Shown here one piece after another: positions 13,620 through 27,260 of a stretch of 64,000 bases of DNA. Numbering within the stretch: the stretch's first letter is position 1; every line of letters begins with the position of its first letter. Origin of the DNA: Hemiscyllium ocellatum (taxonomy: Eukaryota); contig NC_083405.1 in NCBI RefSeq assembly GCF_020745735.1, forward strand, positions 124,845,584 to 124,909,583, written 5' to 3'. The translations under genes were made by a program, and so were the position numbers. The notes below the pieces were generated by a model. It had not been told where the DNA came from, did no database searches, and saw only the letters and a program-made list of their open reading frames with translations.

Positions 13620-14985
13620 GTCATACAGTCATAGAGACGTACAGCACGAAAACAGACCCTTCAGTCCACCTCGTCCAGGCCGACCAGATATTCTAAATTA
13701 ATTTAGTCCCATTTTCCAGCACTTGGCCCTTTTCCCTTTAAATTTATCCTATCCATATACTCATCCAGATGCCTTTTCAATGTTGTTTTTGTCCCAGCCT
13801 CCACCATATCCCCTGGCAGCTCATTCATACACAAACCACGCTCTGCGTGAAAAAGGTTGCCTCTCTGGTCATTTTTAAATCTTTCTCCTCTCATCTTAAA
13901 CCTATGCCCTCTTGTTTCGAATTCTCCCACCCCAGGGAAAAGATGTTATTTATTTACCCTATCCATGACCCTCATGATTTTATAAATCTCTATAAGGTTA
14001 CCCCTCATCCTCTGTTTTCCAGGGAAAACAGCTCCAGCCTATTCAGCCTTTCCCTAAAGCTCAAATCTTCAAACCCTGGCACTGATCCCTTTCAAGTTTC
14101 AAAACGTTCTTCTAATAGGAGGGACACCAGAATTGCACATAATATTCCAAAAGTCGCCTAACCAATGTCCTCTATAGCCACAACATGACCTCCCAACTCC
14201 TGTACTCAATGCTCTGACCAATATAGGAAAGCATATCAAAAGCCTTTTTCATTATCTTATGTACCTGCGATTCCACTTCCAAGGAACTATGAACCTGCAC
14301 TCAAGGTCTCTTTGTTCAGCAATACTCCCTAAAACCTGACTATTAAGTGTATAAGTCCTGCCTTGATTTGCCTTCCAAATTGCAGTACCGCATATTTATC
14401 TAAATTAAACTCCATCTGTCACTCTTTGTCCCATTGGCCCCATCTGATCAAGATCCTGTTATACTCTGAGGTAACCTTCTTTGCTGTCCACCACACCTCC
14501 AATTTTGGGGTCATCTGCAAGCTTACTAACTATACCTCCAATGTTCACATTCCAAATCATTTATATATATATGATAAAAGACAGTGGACCCAACACCGAT
14601 CCTTATGGCACACCACTGGTCCTAGACCTCAAGTTTGAAAAGCAACCCTCCACCACCAACCCTCTGTTTTCTACCTTCGAGCCAGTTCTATATCCAACTG
14701 GCTAGTTCTCTCTGTATTCCATGTGATCTAACCTTGCTAACTACTCTACCACGAGGAATCTCATTGAATGCCTTACTGAAGTCCATAAAGATCACCATCA
14801 ATCCTGTTTGTTATCTCTTCAAAAAACTCTATCAAGTTCATGAGACATGATTTTCCATGCACGAAACCATGTTGACTATCCCCAATCAATTCTTGCCTTT
14901 CCAAATACATGTAAATCCTGTCCCTCAGGATTCCCTCCAACAACTTGCGCACCACTGATGTCAAGCTCACCGGTCTACAGTTCCC
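13620..14985 (-). mobile_element. CR1 LINE 3' portion
   Basis: ORF fragments SLTSVVRKLLEGILRDRIY...SQHGF (14773..14970) and RGHRFKMRGERFK (13703..13930); CR1 3' UTR near 13620. Confidence 0.85.
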
Positions 14986-15553
14986 TAAAGTTAATCTTCA
15001 TTTAAGGGGATGTGAATGTGGCTGAAGCGGGTGCTAATATTTCTGTAGGGAATGACACTGATCTGAGAAAAGTTGAAGTATGGCACAACATAGGACAGGC
15101 AGGCTTCATGATTTTGATATTGCATTGAAGGATTTGATGGAGATGGTGGACAGGAGAGGTATTATGCAGTTGGTCCCATAGATGCACCCTGATTGGATAA
15201 AGTAGCAGATTCACTAGATATAGGTATTGCTGCTTAGGCCATAATTTGTTTTCATTCCTGATTGCCCTTGAAAAGGAGGTTGCAAACCATAGTTTTGAAC
15301 TGCAGCATTCCGGATGTTAGGTGCCTGAACAGTGTTATATGAAGCGAGATCCAGGATTTTGAATCAACAGTGTGGTATTTGTGGATTTGAGCGGTCCTGT
15401 TATAGAGTCATGGAGTCAGTTGAAGAGACCTGGGATAGTTACTCCAGAACATTTTGTGGATGATGCACACAGCTGCCACTATGCATTTGTTATGGAAAGA
15501 GTGAACGTTTAAGGTCAGATGCCAATCAACTCGGCTACTTCTCCTCGATTATG

Positions 15554-15678
15554 GAGATGCCGGTGTTGGACTGGGGTGTACAAAGTTAAAAATCACAGGA
15601 CACCAGGTTATAATCTAACAGGTTTAATTGGAAGCACGCTAGCTTTGGACTATAACCTGGTGTCCTGTGATTTTTAAC
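15554..15678. mobile_element. Penelope-derived fold-back element, family 2 (hammerhead part absent)
   Basis: Inverted gttaaaaatcacaggacaccaggttata / tataacctggtgtcctgtgatttttaac. 14-bp TSD tctcct(c/a)gattatg at 15540-15553 and 15679-15692. Confidence 0.7.
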
Positions 15679-15899
15679 TCTCCTAGATTATGTTAAGTTG
15701 TTTGTGTATTTTTAAAGCTGCAATCATCCAGGCAAATGTAGACTATTCCAGCGCACTCCTGACTTTTGTCTTATAGATTGTGGACATACTTCGGGAGTTA
15801 AAAGATGGATTACCTAGCACAGAATATCCAGCCTTTGACATACTTTCGATTTTGAAAAATTTGTGTGAATTTAGTGAATTTAATGAATTTCAATCATGG

Positions 15900-16785
15900 A
15901 CTTGTCACGGAGTCATGGATATGTATAGCATGGAAACAGACCCTTCAATCCAACTCGTCCATGCCAACCAGATATCCTAAATTAATCTAGCCCCATTTTC
16001 CAGCATTTGGCCCGTATCCCTCCAAGCCCTTCCTATTCATAGACCAACCAGATGCCTTTTAAATGTTGTAATTGTAGCAGCCTTCACCACTTCCTCTGGC
16101 AATTCATTCCATACATGCACCACCTTCTATGTGAAAAAGTTGCCCCGTAGGTCCCTTTTAAATTTTTCCCCTCTCACCTTAAACCTATGCCCTTTAGTTT
16201 TGAACTCCCCCATCTTGGGAAAGGACCGTGATTGTTCACTCTATTCACTCCCCTCATGATTTTATAAACCTCTATAAGGTCACTCCTCATCCTTTGACGC
16301 TCCAGATAAAATTACCTCAGTCTGTTGAGCCTCTTCTATAGCTCAAACCTTTCAACCTTGGCAACATTCTTGTAAATCCTTTCTGAACCCTTTCAAGCTT
16401 CACAACATCTTTCCTATAGTAGGGAGATCAGAATTGAACGAATATTCCAAAAATGGCCTAACCAATGTTCTGAGCAGCTGCAACATGACCTCCCAACTCC
16501 TCTGCTCAATGCACTACCAAAAAGCAAGCATACCTAATGCCTTCTTCACTATCCTGTCTACCTGTGACTCTACTTTCAAGGAACTATGAACCTGCACTCC
16601 AGGCTCTCTTTGTTTGGCAACAGTCCTCAGGATCTTACTATTAAGTGTCTAAGTCCTGCCCTGATTTTCCTTTCCAAAATGTAGCACCTCACGTTTGTAT
16701 ATATTAAACTCCTTTCGGCATTCCTTGGTCATTGGTCCATCTGATTAAGGTCCCACTGTACTTTGAGGTAACCTTCTTTGTGGTT
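15900..16785 (-). mobile_element. CR1 LINE 3' portion
   Basis: Same subfamily as 41075-42945 and 52780-54200 (shared 3' UTR agcatggaaacagacccttc). Confidence 0.85.
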
Positions 16786-17825
16786 CTTTGAATTTTCTGC
16801 AACAATTAATAGTATTTTTTAAGAAACCACTTATTATTTTTAAATGTTTTACTAACACCACATACTAATAGCATATCAACTCTTTCAAATGAAATCCAGA
16901 CTCTTAACTGGGTTGAAATATATAATCACCAAACAGTAATTATATTTCTAGTACAGATAGGTTTCTGATCATTCTAAGGATGTTGATTATAGGTGATGGC
17001 AATGCCAATGTGAGATAATTAGATTATACTTCATTCGGGATGCTCTTTGCCTGACATTTATAGGGCACAAATGCAATTTATAAGCCTTAACCTGGATGTT
17101 GTCAAGGTCTTGTTGCATTTCAGGATGGATGGCTTTTGTCCATGCCAGACTTCAAGCCCAGATGATCTAGATGCAGTGTTACCATCCGTTACCTTACCTC
17201 AAACAAGTGGTCAATGTCTGTGAACATGTTTTCAATTTTGAGAGTCTACCAATTACTCTACTGCACTCAGACACTGCTAAAATCACATTATCCTGTCTTC
17301 CCCAACTTTTCTAGTATTTTATTCATGCCCTTACTTGTGATTACAAAACCCAAGTATGTACCGAGTTGGTCAGCTATTTCTTTGTTGCCCTGATTCTGAC
17401 AGTACCAAACTTACATTTAGCTTCACCATTCTTTTTATGTTCACATTTTTCTGGAAGCATTTACAGTAAGTTTTTAATGTACTGTACAAGTTTATTCTCA
17501 TACTCTGTTCACTCTTTTTTAAATCAATCTGTTTGTCCTCATTTGCTGAATTCTAAATTATTCCCACTCTTTAGTGGCTCTGGCCAATTTGTTTGCCTTT
17601 TCCTTGGATCTAATGCTGTCTCTAATTTCTCTTATAAGCCATGGTTTGTCCACCTGTCTCATTTTACTTTTGTGCCAAACAAGAATAAACAATTGTCATA
17701 GTTCACCCATGCACTCTTTGAATGTTTACTGTTGCCTTTCTACAATCGACCCTTTAAGTAAGAGAACATAGAAAAAGAACACCGAGCTCTTCCATGATCC
17801 ACAGTTCAATCTTGGTGACTGAGCT

Positions 17826-18830
17826 GGACTCTTTCAGAATTTTTTTTAATTCAAAAAATATTTTAATCAGAAAAAAATCTCTTTGCATATATACATAGTC
17901 ACAAATGCAGTTCAGTTTCTGCAGTATGTCAAGGAAACAAGCAAACATTTGAGTTTGTCTCTATCCAAATAAACTAAGGACATCTCTTACACATACAAGA
18001 CTGTATTTACATGCATTTAAGGCACTAGGAGGGTCCGATAACTGAACAGACCCCAGACGCCAAGCCTTAGTGCATCCCTCAGCACGCAATCCTGGATCTT
18101 GGAATGCATCAGTCTGCAACATTTGGTCAAGGTCAACTCCTTGTTGTGGAAGACCAACAAGTTTCGGGCAGACCAAAGCATGTCTTTCATTGAGTCGATG
18201 GTCCTCAGGGCACAGAGGATGTTTGTCTCAGAATGCGTCTCAAGGACCTGTGTCATAGAGTTGCTCGGGACGAACCTTGACAGAAGCCACTGCATCTTTC
18301 TCCAGACTTTGTTTTGAAAGACACATTCCAGAAGAGGAAGTGTGACAGTGTCAACCCCCTGCAGCTGTTTTGCGGGCTGTGACACAGACCAAATGGGCAT
18401 ACATGAAGAATCCCACAGGTAGTGCCCATCTCACCACCAGCCAAGCTATGTCTTGGTGCTTGTAGGAGGTTTTGGTGATTAGGCATTCTGCCAAATGACT
18501 TTGAAAGTCTACTCAGGGAAACACAACACTGGATCCACCCTCTTCTTTTCCCTCAGAGTCTCAAGGACGCTATGTGCTGACAATTTCCTGACAGTCAAAG
18601 GTGTTTTTCTTTTGCAAATTTCTCCATGAAGGACAAGTGCTACAGAACAGTCTGACTATTTGGAGCATTTTTTGGCAACGAGGTCAGTCCCATCCTTCAC
18701 AATGCAGGGTTCAGGTAGAACCTTTGTATGTAGTGACCCCGGAATGTTCCTCTGACACCACTCAGCCAGCCTCTGTTGAATTCTCTTTCTCCTGCTATCA
18801 CTGGAGAAGTGATCTTCCAGATCAAGGGGT
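17826..18830 (-). mobile_element. L1/Tx1-like LINE 3' portion
   Basis: ORF remnants KHQ..AW, LLECVFQNKVWRKMQW, WSARNLLVF, CCRLMHSKIQD.VLRDAL resemble the C-terminal zinc-binding region of Tx1-type ORF2; A-rich tail near 17826. Confidence 0.65.
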
Positions 18831-19150
18831 GTTGCAGACTGGCACATTCCTAAGTCCAGGACTACGTGCTGAGGGATGCACTAAAACTTGGCACAGTGCC
18901 GCCAAGGCGCAGTGGGGAAAGACTGTGATGTTCCTACTGAAGTTAAATGGGTTCTGTTCAGTTATCAGACACTCCTAGTGCCTCAACTGCATGTAAATAC
19001 AGTGTTGTATGTATAAGAGGTGTCCTTAGCTTATTTGGATAGAACCAAACCCAAATGTATATTTGTTTCCTTCACATGCTATAGTACAAACACTGAACTT
19101 CATTTGTGACTTTGTATATATACAAAGTGATTTTTAATGAATAAAGTGTA
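18831..19150 (+). mobile_element. Short 3' end of the same L1/Tx1-like family, opposite orientation
   Basis: gtgttgcagactggcacattcc...ggactacgtgctgagggatgcact matches the reverse complement of about 18060-18125; ends aataaa. Confidence 0.6.
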
Positions 19151-20061
19151 TCCACTGTTCAATTATGGCAACTGAGCCAACTTCTTCCAGAATATCCTCA
19201 GTGACATCATTCTACCGTCCTTTCTTAGATCTAATGTTCCCCAGCCTATCAGAACCAAGTCATTCCTCATGGCATCATAGTCTCTGCTATTTAGGTTCAG
19301 AAACCTAGTCTCATAATCAACTACATCACTCTCCATCTTGATCAGGAATTTTATCAGATTATGGTCCTCACACAACCAGATTGCCAATTATTCCTTTCTC
19401 ATTACACAATACCCAGTCTAGATGGCCTCATATCTAATTGTTTCCTCAACATATTGGTCCAGAAAATCATCCCATATACACTCCAGGAATTTCCCCTCTA
19501 CGAAATTGTTACTAATTTGCTTTCTTTTTTTGCACATACAGCTAACTATTCAACTATAATAGCCACATTGTCTAAACAGGTTGCATCACACCCTGTGACA
19601 CATTTACCATACTTTTCCTAAAACCCCGTTTCTGATCATGAATGTTCCAGCCTATAAAATCAGACAATGGAATTTGAAAATCAATGTTCAATATTTTATC
19701 ACGGTTATGACACCAGCACAAGGAGTCTGCAACCAGGTTAAAAGCATAGGTATAGGGCAGATATCAGGTCAGTGGAGGGAGCGTTCACATCTGATTTTTC
19801 TATGGCAAAATTCATATGAACACTTTGATAGGGGAACCTACAGAAGAACAATGGTGGATCAGCACAAAAAAGTATTTGGTGCATGGATGTCTGCCAAAAC
19901 CTTGAATCGGTGTCAAGGAACATGGAGATTCCACTGCCAACTTGGTACAGGGCCATGCACAGGCCCCATTTTCTTTAGCATGCAAATAAAGGTGAACTGC
20001 AGACATGTTTCTACACTCAACCATTACTCAATGCCCAATGGAAACACATGCAACAGCCATC

Positions 20062-22000
20062 CAACATAAAGTTACAGATTTATATAGCATGGAAACAGAC
20101 GCTTTGGTCCAACTGATGTCCTATCTGCCAGCTCCTGCCCCATATCCCTCCAAAACATTCTTATTCATGTACTTATTCAACTGTCATTTAAACGTTGTAA
20201 CTGTACCAATGTCCACCATTTCTTCACAAAAGTTCATTCCACATGCAATTCACCCTCTGTGTAAAAAAAATTGCCCCTCACATCTTAGAACGTAGAACAT
20301 AGAAAAGTACAGCACAGAACAGGCCCTTAGACCCACGATGTTGTGCCGAGGTTTAATCCTAATGTAAAATATAATAACCTACACACCCCTCAAACTCACT
20401 GCTATCCATGTGCATGTCCAGCAGTTGCTTAAATGTCCCTGCTGACTCTGTTTCCACCACCACTGCTGGCAATGCATTCCATGCATTCACAACTCTCTGC
20501 GTAAAGAACCTACTTCTGACGTCTCCTCTATACCTTCCTCCTAATATCTTAAAACTATGATCCCTCGTACCAGTCAATCCTGCCCTGGGGAAAAGTCTCT
20601 GGCTAAACCTGTTGTTTAAACCTCTCTGCTTTCACCTTAAAAATGCGCCCCCTCGTCTTGAAATCCTCTATCCGAGGGAAAAGACAACTATCATTAACTG
20701 TATCAATACCTCTCAATATTTTATAAACTTCTATATTGTTGCTTCTCAACCTCCTATGCTTCAGTGAAAAATGGCCCAGGCTGTCGAGCCTTCCTTTATA
20801 ACTCAAACCTTTCATATCCGGCAACATCCTGGTAAATCTCTTCTGAATCTTGTCCAGCTTATTAATATCCTTCCTATAACTGGGGGAACAGAACTGGACA
20901 CAGTATTCCAGAAGAGTCCTCACCTACACAACCTCAACATTATTTCCCAACCCCTATACTCAGAGGAATGAATAATGAAGGCAAGCATGCCAAATGACTT
21001 TTTAATCACTCCGTCAAATGTGTCGCAAACTTTAAAGAATTATGCACCTGAACACCTGTTCCACAACACTACCCAAGGTCCTACCTTTAATTTTATAAGC
21101 ACTACCCTTGTATGTTGTACCTAAATGCAATGTCTCACATTTATCCGGATTGAACTCCATCTGCCATTTTTCAGCCCATTGACTCATTTGATCAAGATCC
21201 GTTTGTAATCTTGGAAAACCCCCTTCACTGTCTGCTTTGCTAATTTTGGTGTCATCCACACACTTACTAACTGTACCTTCTATATTCTCATCCAAATCAT
21301 TTATATAAATGACAAATAAAAGAGAGCCCAGAACCAATCCCTATGGAATACTGCTGGTGACAGGCCTCCAGTATGAAAAGCACTCTTCCACAACCACTTT
21401 CTGTCTTCTACCATTAAGCCAATTATATATCCATTGGCAACTCACCCTGAATCCCAAGTGTGACTAAGCCTTGTCAAAAATTTTACTAAAGTCCAAGTCA
21501 ACAACATCTACTGCTCTGCCCTCATCAATATTTTTGGTAACTTCCTCAAAAAACTCAGTCAAGTTTGTGAGACATGACTTTTCTCGTGCAAAACCAAGCT
21601 GATTATCCCTAATCACCTTAGAGTTTTTGTGTCTCTAAATGTCCATAAATCCTATCATTTATAATCACCTTCAACAATTTACCCATAACCAAAGTTAAAG
21701 TCACAGGTCTGTAGTTCTCTGCTTTCTCCTTAAAACCTTTCTTAAACAAGGGTACAACAAAGGACACCCACCAGTCATCAGGGACCTCGCCTGTAGTTAT
21801 TGATGATACAAATATTTCTGCAAGGGGTCTCGTAATTTCCTCCCTTACTTCCCATAATATTCTGGGATACATTAGGTCAGGTCCTGGAGATTTATACACC
21901 TCTATATTCTCTAAGACCTCCTGAACTTCCTCTTCTGTAATGTAAACTGTTTTTAAAATATCAAAATGTGTTTCTTTCTCCACAGTAAAAAATGATGCAC
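20062..22000 (-). mobile_element. CR1 LINE remnant with a second CR1 3' end nested at about 20290-20600
   Basis: ORF fragments [13 protein letters not shown] (21032..21337), KSPGPD.MYPRIL...NYRPV (21618..21983), LLEYCVQF (20603..20923). Confidence 0.8.
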
Positions 22001-23700
22001 AATATGAGATTGGAGATCAAAGCTGGGAACTTAATTTCAGAGCATGTTATCTTGCAAAAAGACAGGGAGGAAAGAAAGCAAGTTGGGATTGCTTCATTAA
22101 TACAACTTGGATTTAGTATGATAGCAAGAAATAATTTTGCAATGAAAGATGTAGAGCTCATATGGATGGAACTAAGAAATCAGGGGAAGAAGAACTGGTA
22201 GGACTAGTCTTTGAGGACATATAAAAAGGCAGTATATTAAGCATGGTGACTTTAATCAACATGTAGTTTCATAAAATTGACAGAGGTAGTCAAAAGAAAT
22301 TATAGACTATATTTGGGACAGTTCCCAAGACAACATTTTATGGATCCAACCAGGGACCAGACTATTTTGGATCTGATAAGTTTAATGAGTGATTTCAGAG
22401 TAAAGATGCTAAGAAACAGTGGCAAACATTGTAGAATTTAGTACTCAGTCTGAAAACAAACAATTTGGTCCCGAAACAACTGTGCTAAATGCAAATTAGA
22501 ATAAATACAAAGGAATGATGACAGTTGCCGAGAGTGGATTGGAAAAGAAGTTTGTCTGAAAATGAGAAATGGTAGACATTTAAGAAAATAGTTCATAATT
22601 ATACACCAAAGATACATTGCAGTGAGGAAGAAAGATTCTAGGAAGAGGATAAACAAACCATGTTTAACCAAGAAAGTTAACAATTGAATTAAATTAGACA
22701 AATAACATACACCGTGGCAATGTTCAGTGGTACGTCTGAGGTTTGGAAAAGTTTTAAAAACCAAAATATACTCAAAAAAAAATGGAAGGTGAAACTAAAA
22801 TATGAGTGAAAATAGGTAATATAAAATCAGACAGTAGGTGCTTCTTTTAATAAGAAGAGAGAAGGCAAAGTGAACGCAGTTCCCTTAGAAAGTGAAACTG
22901 AAAATAATAATGGGGAATCAGGAAATGGCAGAGGCGTTGAATAAATACTTTGCATCAGTACAGAACATTATTTGAATAGTGAATAGCTAAGGAAGCTGCA
23001 GTAAACTGGGGTTTCAGGGTCTGAGTGCATGAATGCAAAGAGGCAAGCACGCAAGTTCAGCAGGTGTTAAGAAAGCAAGTAGAATGTTGGGCTTTACTTC
23101 AAACAGAATGGAGTAATAAAATAGAGAAACCTTACCAAAACAATACAAGGTACTTGTTCGGTCACAGAGATAATATTGTGAACAGTTTGATTCCCTTATG
23201 TAAGTAAAGATATTCCTTACATTGGAGGTAATGCAGAGAAGGTTCACTAGGTTGATTCCAAGAATGGAAAAGTTTCTTATGAAGATAGATTGATTAGATT
23301 ATGAAGATAGAATGAGAGGTAACCTTATTGAAATGTGTAATGTTCTTAGGGCATTTGACATGGTAGTATTGGAATTATTATTTCTCCTTATGGAACAGTT
23401 GAGGACCAGAGGTTATAATCTCAGTATAAGGGGTTGTCTATTTAAGACAGAAATGAAGAAGACCTTCTGGTCTCAGAGGATAGTGAATTTGTGAAATTCT
23501 TTACCACAGAGGGCTGTAAGAGGCTGAGTTATTAAGTATACACAAGGCTGAAGTAAACAGATTTTTGATCAACGAGGGCTATGGGGAAAAGGAAGGAAAA
23601 TGGAGTTGAGAACTATTAAATAACCCACGATCTCATTGAGTAATCGAGCAAACTCAAAAGTCAAATGGCCTGCTTCTGCTATATTTTATAGTTGTATAAA
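22000..23700 (+). mobile_element. Old, heavily deleted CR1 LINE
   Basis: Endonuclease-like remnants near 22.0-22.4 kb and RGNLIE...RTRGYNL (23312..23494). Confidence 0.65.
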
Positions 23701-24535
23701 TAGCCATTTGATCTTAAGTGTTTGATGTTGATTATGGTTCCTTCCCTCTGTGTGTCATTCTTCTTGTTGACATTACTGGTGTTTGTGCAAGTGACCATTA
23801 GACCAATCCAGCAATATAGATTATTGCCTTCTGTTCTGATCTGTTACCTTCTGTTCTATTTACATATGGTCACCTCTTGTCCTTTTCCAGCTCTCTTGTA
23901 TCCATCAACCTGTGGGATAGCCAATCTGAGGTTAGCCCACAGCAGCAATGTTAATTCTAGTTTTCCAGTTCCAGTGGCATCCTGCCTGGTCTCCCACATT
24001 CTGTCTTCTATTCAAGTAACTTGCTTAATCTAAAATATTGTAGTTTGTTTCGTTGACATTCAAGTTGAAGTAATCTACTTGCGAAGTCCAATTTTCAGAC
24101 ATATGACCACCTTACATAGTTTGAGGCTGCCACTCACTGAATCTGGTGTAACTACATATATATTTAACTCAAACAAAACTCTTGGTTTTAAGTTACTGCT
24201 TATTGAATTATTTCTATTTGTTCATGCTAATTTATTGTCATACATCTTGAAAATTGTCTTTTGTCAAAACCCACTAAAAACACAAGTAAGGGTTGTTAAC
24301 TAGAAACAGTTGAATGTCACTTAGATATATCCTTAGTTTGTTGTAGTTTTCACTTCTCAATTGTAGGTTTTTGAGTTTTCTTTGGCTGGTTGTGAGTGAA
24401 AAATATAATTTGGGACAAGTACTATGAAAACTGTTTGCAAATGATTAGATCAGAATTCTGTGGAAACTTACACAAAGTATTTGGATGTCAACTAATCAAT
24501 ATGATTTTAAAAAAACAAATTTGATGTGTCTGTAG

Positions 24536-24802
24536 TGCTGCCTGCGTTTTTTAAACAAGAGCTTCAGAATGAAGAAGCTGAAGAGGGTGGCACTGCCACT
24601 TTACGTTGTGAAATTACGAAAAGTGATGCTCCAGTAAAATGGAGAAAGGGATCACTGGTTCTTCATGAAAGTGACAAGTATGAAATGAAACAAGAAGGTT
24701 CCATCTGTGATTTGCTCATTCACAGTCTAAAACCAGAAGATGGTGGAGATTATACATGTTATTCTGGAGATCAACACACCACTGCCTCTTTAAGAGTAAA
24801 GG
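24536..24802 (+). CDS. obscn: Ig-domain exon C (267 nt, phase 1-1)
   Basis: Acceptor gtgtctgtag ends 24535, donor gtagg at 24803. Reads LPAFFKQELQNEEAEEGGTATLRCE...WRKG...DGGDYTCYSGDQHTTASLRVK. Confidence 0.9.
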
Positions 24803-24869
24803 GTAGGACAATAGTACATCACTCATTTCTCATTGTAATTAAATCCTCTCACATTTTCATCCTTACTTT

Positions 24870-25450
24870 GCAAGCATCATATTAATACCATCATGCTACT
24901 CACTCACTGTCTTAGCAATCTGCTGTCATGAGTTTCTAACCTCATACTTACACCATCACTAAACCCACCTCTGCAATTTTATCTCCTCTCATCTCAAGCA
25001 TTAACACAGATTTCAGTAGCAATGTTAATTCTAGTTTGCCAGTTCCAGTGGCATCCTGCCTGGTCTCCCACATTTTGTCTTCTGTAAAGTGAAAGACATT
25101 CAAAGTTCTATTGATTGCTGTAACTTGCACTATGTCCAATCCAGCATTTGCTGTCTGGCTCCTGGTCAAGCAATGCCTTAATTTTAAATTTCTCATTCTT
25201 GATTTCAAGCTCCTCACTTGTTCCACACAACCTACCAAGATATCTTTGCTCCTTTATTCTGGCCATTTGAGCATTCTCAATTTTAACAAGCCTATCATTA
25301 GTGGCCAAGGTTTCAGTTGCCCAAACCCTCAGCTCTAGAATGCCCACCCTACACCTCCCTGCCTCTCTACCTCACTTTACTTTAATATACTCCTTTCCAA
25401 TCAATGTTTTAACCAGGTTTTTGGTTATCCAATCTAGAATCTTCTTTCAT
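24870..25450 (+). mobile_element. Old L2-like LINE 3' fragment
   Basis: Resembles an L2-type 3' end (ggtggccaaggtttcagttgcc...ctctagaat...cctctctacctc). Confidence 0.45.
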
Positions 25451-26899
25451 GGCTTAATGTCATGTTTGTTTTATAGTGCTCTTAGGAAGTACCTTGGAAT
25501 TTTTAGACACGTTAAAAGTACTTCAGAATTAAACCTTATAGTTTGTGGAGGGGAGAGGGGGATGCAGAGATGAGGGCAGAGTCTTTATATATACTTAAGA
25601 CTGAGATAGATAGATGTTTGATCGGTAGGGGAATCGAGGATTACAAGGAAGGGCAAGAAAGTGGATCTGAAAAATAATCAGCCATGATCCTATCAAATGG
25701 TAGAGAAGGCATGAGGGGCCAAATGGCATACTCCTGTTCCTATTTTTTATGGTTTGAACTCTGGTATTTAGAAATTAAATGTTATTGTAAGTTGTTGTAT
25801 GTTGCTAAAATATTACTACCTAGATTGATAGAACATTTGGAAAACTAGTGTGAATTCAGAGTAGAGCCCTCCTTTCTCAACTGTTTATTCTGTTATAAAG
25901 ACCTGAACCAATATTTAGCCAAGCTTTTTTTCATTTGTAATGGGCAAGTAGCAGACAAAAATGTTGTTTCGTGGAAAACATTTTGTGGGCTAGAAGCAGT
26001 CCAGAGATTTTTGGAGGAACAAGGGAAGAAAGCCTCTTGGATCCCCTGAAAATTAAAAGTTTCACCGGGTACTGTTGGAGCAGCCAACAATTGACCACCA
26101 GTTAGACAGAACAGTGTCTGTTGCAAATGGTCAGAGCATGCACCACCTTATTTACCTCAGAAAGGAAAAGAGAATAAAAATTGAAAAAACTTGAGAATGA
26201 GAGAGAGGATTACAAGAGGAAATGGGGCAAGGGAAAGATAGACAAGGAGAGAGAGAAGCACTAGTATTAAGATGACAGGGAAAGGTAAGAGAGACACATC
26301 CTCAGACTTAAAAGAATAGCAACAACAACAACTTACATCCTGAAAAAAACCTTTAACTTAGACAAATATCCTGCAGTATGAATATTATTGTTTCATCTGC
26401 TGCCTAGGTACTATAAAAGACCTTATTTATAGTGTTTGATTCCTGTTCATTATCCATGATTCCAGCTTTCACGCTTTGTTTACCGTCCAAATCAATTTTG
26501 CTAGAATAATCACTGGCTTTTCCCACCATGGAGCAACTTTTAAAGATTTCTTTTTCTACTTAAAAGCTGCCTATTTTATTGAAAGCAATATAAATTATCA
26601 AGTACCAAAAGCAAACTCAAAAATCACTGCTAAAATTCTTTTAAATATTGTCCAACTTTATTTTGGTATTTGTATCCTTTGTGGTTCTTTTAGTGTGCTA
26701 ATTGCATTCATCACAATAGGTTTATTCTCCACACAAGCTTTCTCTCAGTTTTTCATCTAACTTCATTGACATATCCTTTTGTTTTATTTTCCTCATATGC
26801 TTGTCTGACTCCAATGACTACACAGTTTGCTTGAAATGTGGTTTTGAGTTCTGCATTTTAAATATTCTCTGGGTAACAGGGAAATCTGAAATGGTGATG

Positions 26900-27245
26900 A
26901 CCAAGTGGTATTATCATTTGACTATTAATCCAGAGACCCAGATAATCCTCTGGGGATCCATGTTGGAATCCTGCTGTGACTGATGGTGGAATTTGAATTC
27001 AATGCATTATCTGGAAGTAAGAGTCATGGTGACCATGAAGTTGATGTTGATTGTTGGAAAAGGCCACCTAGTTTTCTAATGTACTTTAGAGAAGGAAAAT
27101 GCTGTCCTTACCTGTTCTGGCCTATTTTTTACTCCAGACCTGTAGCAATATAGTTGCCTCTTTACTGACCTCTGGGTATTAGGGATAGGGAATAGATGCT
27201 GGTCTCATGAGCAATGCCCAAATCCCATGAATGAATAAAAAAAAA
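26900..27245 (+). mobile_element. tRNA-headed SINE with Deu-domain-like core
   Basis: gaaggaaaatgctgtccttacctgttctggcc...actccagacc resembles the DeuSINE central domain; A-rich tail gaatgaataaaaaaaaa. Confidence 0.55.
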
Positions 27246-27260
27246 TTTTCTCTATTAGCA

